Source: Macrostomum hystrix
Lineage: Eukaryota > Animalia > Platyhelminthes
Direction of reading: 5' to 3'
Assembly: GCA_950097015.1 (NCBI GenBank)
Contig: CATNEN010000037.1
Location: 4,030,001-4,094,000, forward strand
DNA: 64,000 nt
The position numbers and the translations under genes were made by a program. Below are positions 52,301 to 64,000 of this stretch, one piece after another (the first letter of the stretch is position 1; each line of letters begins with the position of its first letter). The notes under the pieces were generated by a model. It had not been told where the DNA came from, ran no database searches, and was given only the letters and a program-made list of their open reading frames with translations.

Positions 52301-55300
52301 CCTATTACCTCTCCATAAACCCTAGTACCTCTAGTCCATATATAAGTTAAAGAGTTGAAAGTTACTTGGCTAACCAAAAATGTCAAATGATTCTTCAAGC
52401 AATTATTATGAAGAATGAGGTGTCAATCCGGTGGATTATTCAGACCTCAACCTTTGCTGGAAGTCACAGAGCTGGTGCTCAACGCACGGCTCACCCTGAA
52501 CCTTATCATTCTAAATAATAATTTCGATTTAATGCCGAACGAACTAATCCGTATATTTTTTTCCTACTGAATTGAGCAATTGAACTTTGCAAGCTTGTTT
52601 GTTGTTAGGTTGCAAATTCTTGACAAAATAAGATTAACAAATCGCTTCCTAGCCAGCGGACTAGCATGAGCCAGCTAGCGGATTAGCGGGAATAGCGGGA
52701 TTAGCCGTTCATGATCGGCGCGGATCAGCCGGCAAATCCTCGACGCCGCCAGACACGGGCTCGGCATCCGTTGACAGGTTTTTGACAGATCGCTGGCCGG
52801 GCTCAGGAAGGGAGGGGGTGGCTGTCCGCCGGGCAACAAGCCGTATCTTTGCTTTCTTTTCAATCTGGCCGGTTAGTGAAGCGCTTCGATCAGGGCTTCG
52901 TGCCCGGTCGGCTCGTTAACCAGATGGATTGGCCGCTGGTTCGAAGTTAATTGGTGCGGCTAGCGAGTAAAAGGGGGAGTGTGTTTTTATCCCCTGAATT
53001 ACGAGTTGAGCTCACCTCATATATCCTAGCTATACTCAGGCGAACTCAGTGCATACAGCTCGTACATGTGCTATAGTCTCGCTAGAGCTTACTTTACTTT
53101 TGTCATGTTCAAGTCCTGAGCTCAGTAGACCGCGTCTGATGAGCTGCGTGCTCGAGCCGCCAAAGGGATGGGTTAGAGACAGGATGGGTTGTGGCACAGG
53201 CCCGTCTCCGGGTCAGCTATTGATCCAGCTCCCTAGACAACCAAGGAGCTTAAAAAAAGGCTGGCTAGGCCAGGTAAAAACTGCTTTAAATACTCGTAGC
53301 AAGAAACCGATACTGGTGCTGTAAATGTGGAAAGACAACGCTATTTTTAAAGACCAGACTACTTCACGCTAGCTCCCAAACCGAATGACCGATTTTCGTG
53401 AAAGTCCACCATAAGGATCACAGTTTTCCACCCTTTACGATGAACTAACTTTCAAAGCAGTCCGACGTCAGCATCATTGAGACTTTTTTGCGATTCTTGA
53501 CAAAGACACTCGCGACAAGGACAACTAACATTGCTCTGGATAAACCCCATGGCGAATCCCTATTGGCTAAAAAGTATTCTAATTAAGAATATAATCAATA
53601 CGGTATAATCAACAATAATAGCCGACATGGTTCCAGGATGAAATTTGGTGAGCAAAAACCGACAACCAAACGAAAATCGTTGAATATCTCGACGATGCCG
53701 ATGTTCTGTGATTCTGGAAGTTGTTTCATCGGATCGAGCAGAGAATTTTCGCCGGCGTTCTGGATTTTTATTGCGATAGGTTAAATATTTTAGGAGTTAT
53801 AGAAAAAAAACAAAAATCTGGGTATTCGAAATACCCCAGTGGTCCTTCTACTGCTGCAGTGCTTGAACTTGGCATTAGGACACGATGGTAGTACAACCCA
53901 GCTGTGTTTCTGAATCTTATATCGCTTGAAATCTGTGTTTTCGTCACAAGTTTTTCAAACTTTTAAACTTTTGAACTTGAATACGATTTCGCAATTATAA
54001 TATTCTACAAGTGTGTTTTGTGCACCACGAAGAACAAAACATACTTGCACATAAAGTCACAGCACAGAACATCACAGCACAGAACGTCACCGTACAGAAG
54101 GTCACAGTACGAACGACACAGTACGAACGTCACAGTACAGAACGTCACAGTAGAGAACGTCACAGTACAGAACGTCACAGTACAGAACGTCACAGTGCAG
54201 AACGTCACAGTACAGAACGTCACAGTACAGAACGTCACAGTACAGAACGTCACAGTACAGAACGTCACAGTGCAGAACGTCACAGTGCAGAACGTCACAG
54301 TACAGAACGTCACAGTACAGAACGTCACAGTACAGAACGTCACAGTACAGAACGTCACAGTACAGAACGTCACAGTACAGAACGTCACAGTACAGAACGT
54401 CACAGTACAGAACGTCACAGTACAGAAATCACCGTACAGAAGGTCATAGCTTATAACATCACAGCACAGAACGTCACAATGCAGAACGTCGCAGTACAGA
54501 ACGTCACAGTAGAGAACATCACAGATCAGAAACGGCACAGCTCAGAACGTCATAGAACAGAACGGCGCAGCTCAGAACGTAACAGTGCAGAAGATTCTAT
54601 TGCTTCTTCCAGGTCAAAGTTCGGGCAGTATATTACTTTACAGAATTACAGCACATACGTCTAAAAGTGAAACAGTAATATAATAAGAATCGATTAAGAA
54701 AAGTCTTAAAAGTTCCCATCACAATCCGATCATCCCACAGTCGATACCGAAAAGCAGTGAAGCTGACCCCGACGAAGAAGATGCCGAAGCGGATGACGAC
54801 GAAGAGGACAGCACTCGGCGGCAGCCGCCAACCAATGAGACAGCAATGTGCGACGACAATGATTCCTGCGTGGCTGAGCAGGAGACAACTGGCTCGCTGG
54901 CTGTAGTCAGCGGCTGCAGCAATGGCACCGCACCAGAGAGACAGCCTGGCCACCACCAGCAGCAGCTGCAGGTCCGTCTGCAGCTACCCCAGCCGCGTCG
55001 ACAGCCGCGCCTCGCCGCCAAGCTGCTGTCACCAGTCAGGCCAGCTCATCAGCTAGCCCAGCCACCAGCCTCGTCTGCTTGCACTTCAGTTCACGAGCAC
55101 TCGCGCAATAGGCAGAAGATCTCGCTGAGTAGGGAGCGGAGAGCGCTGCGCACTCTGGGAATAATCATGGGCATTTTCATTCTCTGCTGGCTGCCCTTCT
55201 TCCTGGTCTACCTGGCTGGAGCCTGGGGCTTCGCGCCCGAAAAGCGCCTCTTTCGCCTGTTCGTGTGGCTCGGCTACGTGAACTCGGCGCTGAATCCGGT

Positions 55301-55418
55301 CATCTACACCGTGTTCAATGCCGACTTCAGGCGCGCCTTCGCTCGCCTGCTGCACATCAGCGACTCGGCTGACACAGCTGGAGATGCGGTGCGCTGCTGC
55401 CTGCCCTGCCAGCGCTGA
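47570..55418 (+). CDS. Class A biogenic-amine GPCR, octopamine/tyramine-receptor-like. Exons 47570-48265 and 54741-55418
   Basis: GNALV (TM1); [11 protein letters not shown]...VQP (TM2); TM3 Asp in [21 protein letters not shown]; TM5 [13 protein letters not shown]; TM6 [24 protein letters not shown]; TM7 [15 protein letters not shown] phase-0 intron lies in ICL3 (CGG|GTGAGT...CCACAG|TCG). Confidence 0.95.
48266..48868 (+). repeat. 16-bp G-rich minisatellite (GTGAGTTTAGG[T/C]TGG[A/G]), ~36 copies, starting exactly at the GPCR donor site
   Basis: Direct; the first unit is the intron's first 16 nt. Confidence 0.97.
49226..49283. repeat. (ATCT)n microsatellite
   Basis: Direct. Confidence 0.9.
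50172..50442. repeat. ~38-bp repeat (TTCATTTCTCTCCCCCAGCCAATTATCGATCCGAGACC), ~6 copies in two groups separated by a C-rich spacer
   Basis: Direct imperfect tandem repetition. Confidence 0.85.
51525..52332. repeat. 20-bp minisatellite (CTCCATAAACCCTAGTAGCT and variants), ~40 copies
   Basis: Direct tandem repetition. Confidence 0.97.
53345..53851 (-). mobile_element. Second, diverged copy of the 10244-10783 dispersed element, in the GPCR intron
   Basis: Shared colinear blocks: CTACTTCACG, AGCTCCCAAACCGAATGAC, CCCTTTACGATGAACTA, GATGAAATTT, AATCGTTGAATATCT, TGTGATTCT.GAAGTTGTTTCA, GTGGTC..TCTAC. Confidence 0.75.
54055..54590. repeat. 15-bp minisatellite (CAGTACAGAACGTCA)
   Basis: Direct tandem repetition, ending ~150 nt before the GPCR exon 2 acceptor. 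Confidence 0.95.
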
Positions 55419-55964
55419 GTTCCCATCGTCAAGCAGCTCCGCATTCACACAGCCTCTGTAATTACTGACCTACTGGGCGACTTCATGTAAAATCATTTGG
55501 GAATTCCTGAACCCAAATCATCTGTGAGGTGAGCAGTAGGTAGCTCACTCAGTGTCCTACTGTGGGGTGCTTTGTTTTGCCTGTCAGCTTTTTAAATTAT
55601 TTTCTTCGTTAACCCTTGATTGATTGAGCGCGGTTGAGTATGTACACATAAATATCCGATGCCAGCCTTCATCCTCCCAAGTACTCGCGTGTTTGTTTAG
55701 ATTTCTCCTTTCTTTGTTTTCACTCAAGAAGATAATTGCCAGTGTAATTCCATGTAGCTGCAATTGTTTTCTGAAAATCAGCCCTTTTTATTTGACAGTT
55801 GAATGTCAAGAACTACTCAACTCGCTTACTTTGTGGATGCTTAAAGTGATGTTCGCTCATAAATATGCTTGGGTAATTGCTAATCGAGTTTACATGCTTG
55901 CAAATCTAGATTTATCTATTTTTTTTCCAAAAAATACATGGCACACACTGGAAGGTATAATATT

Positions 55965-57830
55965 GCCTCACCCAGTCCTTCAAGAACCTACTGCTCACCC
56001 AGTCCTTCAAGAACCCACTGCTCACCCAGTCCTTCAAGAACCCACTGCTCACCCAGTCCTTCAAGAACCCACTGCTCACCCAGTCCTTCAAGAACCCACT
56101 GCTCACCCAGTCCTTCAAGAACCCACTGCTCACCCAGTCCTTCAAGAACCCACTGCTCACCCAGTCCTTCAAGAACCTACTGCTCACCCAGTCCTTCAAG
56201 AACCCACTGCTCACCCAGTCCTTCAAGAACCTACTGCTCACCCAGTCCTTCAAGAACCTACTGCTCACCCAGTCCTTCAAGAACTTACTGCTCACCCAGT
56301 CCTTCAAGAACCCACTGCTCACCCAGTCCTTCAAGAACCCACTGCTCACCCAGTCCTTCAAGAACCCACTGCTCACCCAGTCCTTCAAGAACCCACTGCT
56401 CACCCAGTCCTTCAAGAACCTACTGCTTACCCAGTCCTTCAAGAACCTACTGCTCATCCAGTCCTTCAAGAACCTACTGCTCACCCAGTCCTTCAAGAAC
56501 CTACTGCTCACCCAGTCCTTCAAGAACCCACTGCTCACCCAGTCCTTCAAGAACCCACTGCTCACCCAGTCCTTCATGAACCCACTGCTCACCCAGTCCT
56601 TCAAGAACCCACTGCTCACCCAGTCCTTCAAGAACCCACTGCTCACCCAGTCCTTCAAGAACCTACTGCTCACCCAGTCCTTCAAGAACCTACTGCTCAC
56701 CCAGTCCTTCAAGAACCTACTGCTCACCCAGTCCTTCAAGAACCCACTGCTCACCCAGTCCTTCAAGAACCCACTGCTCACCCAGTCCTTCAAGAACCCA
56801 CTGCTCACCCAGTCCTTCAAGAACCCACTGCTCACCCAGTCCTTCAAGAACCCACTGCTCACCCAGTCCTTCAAGAACCCACTGCTCACCCAGTCCTTCA
56901 AGAACCTACTGCTTACCCAGTCCTTCAAGAACCTACTGCTCATCCAGTCCTTCAAGAACCTACTGCTCACCCAGTCCTTCAAGAACCTACTGCTCACCCA
57001 GTCCTTCAAGAACCCACTGCTCACCCAGTCCTTCAAGAACCCACTGCTCACCCAGTCCTTCATGAACCCACTGCTCACCCAGTCCTTCAAGAACCCACTG
57101 CTCACCCAGTCCTTCAAGAACCCACTGCTCACCCAGTCCTTCAAGAACCTACTGCTCACCCAGTCCTTCAAGAACCTACTGCTCACCCAGTCCTTCAAGA
57201 ACCTACTGCTCACCCAGTCCTTCAAGAACCCACTGCTCACCCAGTCCTTCAAGAACCTACTGCTCACCCAGTCCTTCAAGAACCCACTGCTCACCCAGTC
57301 CTTCAAGAACCCACTGCTCACCCAGTCCTTCAAGAACCTACTGCTCACCCAGTCCTTCAAGAACCCACTGCTCACCCAGTCCTTCAAGAACCCACTACTC
57401 ACCCAGTCCTTCAAGAACCCACTGCTCACCCAGTCCTTCAAGAACCCACTGCTCACCCAGTCCTTCAAGAACCCACTGCTCACCCAGTCCTTCAAGAACC
57501 TAGTGCTCACCCAGTCCTTCAAGAACCCACAGCTCACCCAGTCCTTCAAGAACCCACTGCTCACCCAGTCCTTCAAGAACCCACTGCTCACCCAGTCCTT
57601 CAAGAACGCACTGCTCACCCAGTCCTTCAAGAACCTACTGCTCACCCAGTCCTTCAAGAACCCACTGCTCACCCAGTCCTTCAAGAACCCACTGCTCACC
57701 CAGTCCTTCAAGAACGCACTGCTCACCCAGTCCTTCAAGAACCTACTGCTCACCCAGTCCTTCAAGAACCCACTGCTCACCCAGTCCTTCAAGAACGCAC
57801 TGCTCACCCAGTCCTTCAAGAACCTACTGC
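55965..57830. repeat. 27-bp minisatellite (CTGCTCACCCAGTCCTTCAAGAACCCA), ~69 copies
   Basis: Direct tandem repetition. Confidence 0.98.
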
Positions 57831-58324
57831 AGACTTTGCAGACTGAAACTGTTGAACTACACAGCAGTTAATATATTGGCAGTTGTAAAATTAAAAACGG
57901 ATAGTTTTAGCGCAGGGTGAGAACACGGCTGCACCAGCTGTGTTTCGCAGAAAGCTTCTCCTGAAAAAGGAAAAGCGATTAGCGCCCGATCGCTGAGCAA
58001 ACTGAGTTCCATCCGTGTGCAAACTTCACAAGTTGGTTTTTTATAAAGAAAATCAATCCTTACTTAACTGTTTGTACAGCCGCAACAGCAAACAAGCATT
58101 TCATCTGCCTATTTTCACCAATTGTTTCCTGGTGTCTCAGAGATCTCTGCGAGTTCTGTGTCGATTAAACGGTGTTTGCGTTTTAGATTTTAATTGCGAG
58201 ATTCTGTTAAACGTTTGACGAAATAAAAGTTCTAGGTTGAGCCTAGGGTACTCTACCTTATTATTATTATTTAAGGTATTATTTCGATATTTCTTATAAT
58301 CATATTTTTGCTTTCGTCTACCTT

Positions 58325-59308
58325 TTAGCAGTTTCTGTCTACCCTCCTGCAGTTTCTGTCTACCCTCCTGCAGTTTCTGTCTACCCACCTGCAGTTTCTG
58401 TCTACCCACCTGCAGTTTCTGTCTACCCTCTAGCAGTTTCTGTCTACCCTCCTGCAGTTTCTGTCTACCCACCTGCAGTTTCTGTCTACCCTCCTGCAGT
58501 TTCTGTCTACCCACCTGCAGTTTCTGTCTACCCACCTGCAGTTTCTGTCTACCCTCGAGCAGTTTCTGTCTACCCACCTGCAGTTTCTGTCTACCCACCT
58601 GCAGTTTCTGTCTACCCTCCTGCAGTTTCTGTCTACCCTCTAGCAGTTTCTGTCTACCCTCTAGCAGTTTCTGTCTACCCACCTGCAGTTTCTGTCTACC
58701 CACCTGCAGTTTCTGTCTACCCTCTAGCAGTTTCTGTCTACCCACCTGCAGTTTCTGTCTACCCTCCTGCAGTTTCTGTCTACCCACCTGCAGTTTCTGT
58801 CTACCCTCTAGCAGTTTCTGTCTACCCTCTAGCAGTTTCTGTCTACCCTCTAGCAGTTTCTGTCTACCCTCTAGCAGTTTCTGTCTACCCTCTAGCAGTT
58901 TCTGTCTACCCACCTGCAGTTTCTGTCTACCCACCTGCAGTTTCTGTCTACCCTCTAGCAGTTTCTGTCTACCCACCTGCAGTTTCTGTCTACCCTCCTG
59001 CAGTTTCTGTCTACCCACCTGCAGTTTCTGTCTACCCTCTAGCAGTTTCTGTCTACCCTCTAGCAGTTTCTGTCTACCCTCTAGCAGTTTCTGTCTACCC
59101 ACCTGCAGTTTCTGTCTACCCTCTAGCAGTTTCTGTCTACCCACCTGCAGTTTCTGTCTACCCTCTAGCAGTTTCTGTCTACCCACCTGCAGTTTCTGTC
59201 TACCCTCTAGCAGTTTCTGTCTACCCACCTGCAGTTTCTGTCTACCCTCTAGCAGTTTCTGTCTACCCACCTGCAGTTTCTGTCTACCCACCTGCAGTTT
59301 CTGTCTTC
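58325..59308. repeat. 21-bp minisatellite (GCAGTTTCTGTCTACCC[ACCT/TCTA/TCCT]), ~46 copies
   Basis: Direct tandem repetition. Confidence 0.97.
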
Positions 59309-59737
59309 CCTAGGTAGTTTTCTATTTACCTTGTCATATTCGGATCTACTCGTAGTTTTAGAATTAGAAAGCTGATTTATTTTGCAGAGAAGACTGAATT
59401 TAAAGACGTCACTGACGATGGTAAGTCTCTTTAACAAAAATTTCACATTTTTCAGTCAAAGCCATGAGCTACTCCAGTATGGCTTCAGCAGAAAGCCCAG
59501 AATTACTTAGATTTTCCAAGTTGTCTCAGACAGAAACCCCCCAGAGCTAATGAGATAGTCACAAACAATTCTTGGGTGCGATCGGAAGCCCTGTGATAAT
59601 TAAACATCAAATTTGAAGGAAATTGTGATAAAAGGCAAAATTCAACTATTTGGACGATTAAATTGATTTATATCTTTACTGATCAACTCCAATTCATGAG
59701 CTATTTAAAAACGGTTTGAGCATAGCAATGAAAATAA

Positions 59738-60190
59738 GAAAGTTGATCACTCCGAAGAAGTTGAGCACTCCGACGGAGTTGAGCACTCTGAAGGAGTTGA
59801 GCACTCTGACGGAGTTGAGCACTCTGACGGAGTTGAGCACTCTGACGGAGTTGAGCACTCTGAAAGAGTTGAGCACTCTGAAAGAGTTAAGCACTCTGAA
59901 AGAGTTGAGCACTCTGAAAGAGTTGAGCACTCTGAAGGAGTTGAGCACTCTGACGGAGTTGAGCACTCTGAAAGAGTTAAGCACTCTGAAAGAGTTAAGC
60001 ACTCTGAAGGAGTTGAGCACTCTGAAAGAGTTAAGCACTCTGACGGAGTTGAGCACTCTGACGGAGTTGAGCACTCTGAAGGAGTTGAGCACTCTGACGG
60101 AGTTGAGCACTCTGAAGGAGTTGAGCACTCTGAAGGAGTTAAGCACTCTGAAAGAGTTAAACGCTATAACGAAGGAGTTGAGCACTCTGG
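59738..60190. repeat. 18-bp minisatellite (GAGTTGAGCACTCTGAAG), ~25 copies
   Basis: Direct tandem repetition. Confidence 0.96.
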
Positions 60191-61184
60191 ATACTAAATG
60201 AATGCTTAACTACCAAACTAATCGCTTAGAGCATTAGAAATCATGAAAAATTCCAACGGACTGTAATTAATGTGACTATGTTTACGGACCTTTAAAGCTA
60301 GATTAGATTTACAATCGGAAGCGGACCCAGCTTCTACGCACACTAGTTAGTGCGAGAGGGCAGGAACTGAGACGGTGGGCAGTGGGCGTCTCATGAAAAT
60401 TTATGGATCTATTTTGGTGGTATACAAGTGGCCTACTGATTTCCCTTTCTGACACTGCCCCCTGCCTTCACGCCCTGTTTAGACACCGCTGCTTGTGAGA
60501 AAAAACTGTACTTAAAAATAATCGTGGCGGTGGTAGGGAAATAGTATAGAAAATATAAATACAGGCAAGATAGGTCAGTGTGAGCAGTTACTTGCAGTAG
60601 TATGAACATGGTCAGCTAGAACCTAAAGAACGAGTAAATCGATGCACAGGAAAAATTATGGACGATAGAATCATGTCTTCAAATGTTAGCTTGAGGAATT
60701 CACAAAATTACTTTTTGCACGATCGCCGACGTTGCATTTCCAGGAAACGCACATTCAAATTGGTGCCATGATGCCTCGCTTCAAGTCTGGGCGGCTGCGG
60801 GAGGATGATAGGGTCAAAGCTCATTCAGATTTTAACTGTTTAATAAATACTACTTTAAGTAGAAAAACATGGGCTTAAATTCCAGAGAAGCGAATGCAGT
60901 TGAATTAAAATTCGAGATAGGAAATACTAGCGTGTTTTTTAGCAAAAGAAAAACTAAAAAGTTAAATAAAATTATCAAGGAGCACACTTAAATTCGCTTG
61001 AAGGCTCAAGGATCCTTAAGATCCCACATAGGAAGCTACCCGTTAAGCTACTGTAGCAGATTTTTACAAAGAAAATGGCTTCCTATGTGGCAAAGACGCA
61101 AGCTGAATGGAAGCAGGCAGAAAGAATTTAAAGCCAGATGGAGAGGCAATCATGAAGTAACTTCCATGGCAGTTTAGTTAAGGA

Positions 61185-63545
61185 CTGCATCACCTGCATC
61201 ATCTGAATTCACTTGCATCACCTGCATCACCTGAATTCACTTGCATCACCTGAACTCACCTGCATCACCTGAACTCACTTGCATCACCTGCATCACCTGC
61301 ATCACCTGCATCACCTGCATCACCTGCATCACATGAACTCACTTGCATCACCTGCATCACCTGCATCACCTGCATCACCTGCATCACCTGCATCACCTGC
61401 AACACCTGCATCACATGAACTCACTTGCATCACCTGCATCACCTGAACTCACTTGCATCACCTGAACTCACCTGCATCACCTGAACTCACTTGCATCACC
61501 TGCATCACCTGCATCACCTGCATCACATGAACTCACTTGCATCACCTGCATCACCTGAACTCACTTGCATCACCTGAACTCACTTGCATCACCTGAACTC
61601 ACTTGCATCACCTGAACTCACTTGCATCACCTGAACTCACTTGCATCACCTGAACTCACTTGCATCACCTGAACTCACTTGCATCACCTGAACTCACTTG
61701 CATCACCTGCATCACCTGCATCACCTGCATCACCTGCATCACATGAACTCACTTGCATCACCTGCATCACCTGAACTCACTTGCATCACCTGAACTCACC
61801 TGCATCACCTGAACTCACTTGCATCACCTGCATCACCTGCATCACCTGCATCACATGAACTCACTTGCATCACCTGCATCACCTGAACTCACTTGCATCA
61901 CCTGAACTCACCTGCATCACCTGAACTCACTTGCATCACCTGCATCACCTGCATCACCTGCATCACATGAACTCACTTGCATCACCTGCATCACCTGAAC
62001 TCACTTGCATCACCTGAACTCACCTGCATCACCTGAACTCACTTGCATCACCTGCATCACCTGCATCACCTGCATCACATGAACTCACTTGCATCACCTG
62101 CATCACCTGAACTCACTTGCATCACCTGAACTCACTTGCATCACCTGAACTCACTTGCATCACCTGAACTCACTTGCATCACCTGAACTCACTTGCATCA
62201 CCTGAACTCACTTGCATCACCTGAACTCACTTGCATCACCTGAACTCACTTGCATCACCTGAACTCACTTGCATCACCTGAACTCACTTGCATCACCTGA
62301 ACTCACTTGCATCACCTGCATCACCTGAACTCACCTGCATCACCTGAATTCACTTGCATCACCTGCATCACCTGCATCACCTGCATCACCTGCATCACCT
62401 GCATCACCTGCATCACCTGCATCACCTGCATCACATGAACTCACTTGCATCACCTGCATCACCTGCATCACCTGCATCACCTGCATCACCTGCATCACCT
62501 GCATCACCTGCATCACATGAACTCACTTGCATCACCTGCATCACCTGAACTCACTTGCATCACCTGAACTCACCTGCATCACCTGAACTCACTTGCATCA
62601 CCTGCATCACCTGCATCACCTGCATCACATGAACTCACTTGCATCACCTGCATCACCTGAACTCACTTGCATCACCTGAACTCACTTGCATCACCTGAAC
62701 TCACTTGCATCACCTGAACTCACTTGCATCACCTGAACTCACTTGCATCACCTGAACTCACTTGCATCACCTGAACTCACTTGCATCACCTGAACTCACT
62801 TGCATCACCTGCATCACCTGAACTCACTTGCATCACCTGCATCACCTGAACTCACTTGCATCACCTGAACTCACTTGCATCACCTGAACTCACTTGCATC
62901 ACCTGAACTCACTTGCATCACCTGAACTCACTTGCATCACCTGAACTCACCTGCATCACCTGAACTCATTTGCATCACCTGCATCACCTGCTTCACCTGC
63001 ATCACCTGCATCACCTGCATCACCTGAACTCACTTGCATCACCTGCATCACCTGAACTCACTTGCATCACCTGCATCACCTGAACTCACTTGCATCACCT
63101 GAACTCACTTGCATCACCTGCATCACCTGAACTCACTTGCATCACCTAAACTCACTTGCATCACCTGCATCACCTGAACTCACTTGCATCACCTGAACTC
63201 ACCAGCATCACCTGAACTCACCTGCATCACCTGAACTCACCTGCATCACCTGAACTCACCAGCATTACCTGAACTCACCTGCATCACCTGAACTCACTTG
63301 CATCACATGAACTCACTTGCATCACCTGAACTCACCAGCATCACCTGAACTCACCAGCATCACCTGAACTCACCTGCATCACCTGAACTCACTTGCATCA
63401 CCCGCATCACCTGAACTCACTTGCATCACCTGAACTCACCTGCATCACCTGCATCACCTGCATCACATGCATCACCATCATTCATCACCTGCATCACCTG
63501 CATCACCATTATTAACTGCATCACCTGCATCACCTGCATCACCTA
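61185..63545. repeat. ~2.4-kb composite array of 9-bp (TGCATCACC) and 10-bp (TGAACTCACT/C) words
   Basis: Direct; two interleaved units with a recurrent 112-bp higher-order block. Confidence 0.96.
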
Positions 63546-64000
63546 CACTGCATCAATTGAAAGTTTTTTCAATACCTTTAACTTCCTTTTTTTATTTTCC
63601 CCTTAGCCTTTAGTTTCAGCTTAACCTACTGGTCCAATCCTTCTACAAACCCATGCAGCAAAACGATTTTCCCAACGGCACTTGACCCAGAAGAATTTAT
63701 CCCAATTTTTGGCGCCACAAGGTGACGTCTGTGAAAGATGATTAGCAATTCCTCACTCCATTTCCTCCCTTGAAGAATTTGCGACAAGTGACGCTTCTAA
63801 CAAACCGGAAAAATAGGCAAATTGAAGCCAATTTCCCTTTTCTAAGGTAATATATGACTTACAGCATGGCAATAGAAGCTTTTTTCTGTCTAAAGTCTGT
63901 CTCGTTCAACCCTTCAATAGCACTTTAAGCTGATCCAATAAATGTGCGGCAACACATTATACAGGTGAAATATGATTGAAGCGAATATTACTAATAGGTA

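Noticed and set aside
54601-54680. Strong acceptor TTCTTCCAG at 54612 as the GPCR exon 2 start
   Set aside because: In phase 0 it reaches TAA after about 21 codons; the acceptor at 54740 keeps the frame into TM6/TM7.
55624-57871. 740-aa HPVLQEPTA ORF and overlapping ORFs
   Set aside because: Frames of a 27-bp array; the unique N-terminal part is AT-rich with no protein-like features.
54005-60201. TVTFC, ERHST, GRQKL, VLNSFR and ELSTLK repeat ORFs
   Set aside because: Translations of 15-, 21- and 18-bp arrays in intronic or intergenic DNA.
60377-60491. Possible hAT-like termini (CAGTGGGCGTCT / AGACACCGCTG)
   Set aside because: Weak match, no 8-bp TSD seen, single occurrence.

Overview
Eukaryotic (metazoan) genomic DNA with six intron-containing or compact protein-coding genes set among many tandem-repeat arrays. 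Hand-summed, the arrays cover about 29 kb, or roughly 45% of the window. Genes, spliced by hand at GT-AG sites with phase checks: SF3B1 (minus strand, 3' end runs off the left edge, 5'-most exons not found); a secreted protein with four C-type-lectin-like domains (minus); a two-pore K+ channel (plus); a DEG/ENaC channel whose first intron holds a ~12 kb 22-bp satellite (plus); a single-exon neuropeptide precursor ending in RMRY-Gly-stop (minus); and an octopamine/tyramine-type aminergic GPCR (plus). GC-rich exons, short AT-rich introns and a different 9-38 bp minisatellite in most larger introns fit a free-living flatworm such as Macrostomum. That assignment is inference and was not verified. 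The most interesting signals are: (1) the RY-amide precursor with a two-Cys prodomain; (2) pairwise loss of two thumb disulfides plus an insertion in the neighbouring DEG/ENaC; (3) a minisatellite made of tandem copies of a 5' splice site; (4) candidate poison/terminal exons in an SF3B1 intron; (5) a 2549-bp higher-order repeat in the intronic satellite; (6) a two-copy Helentron/MITE-like element. All very long ORFs in the track that lie over arrays are judged artefacts. No database search or computation was run.
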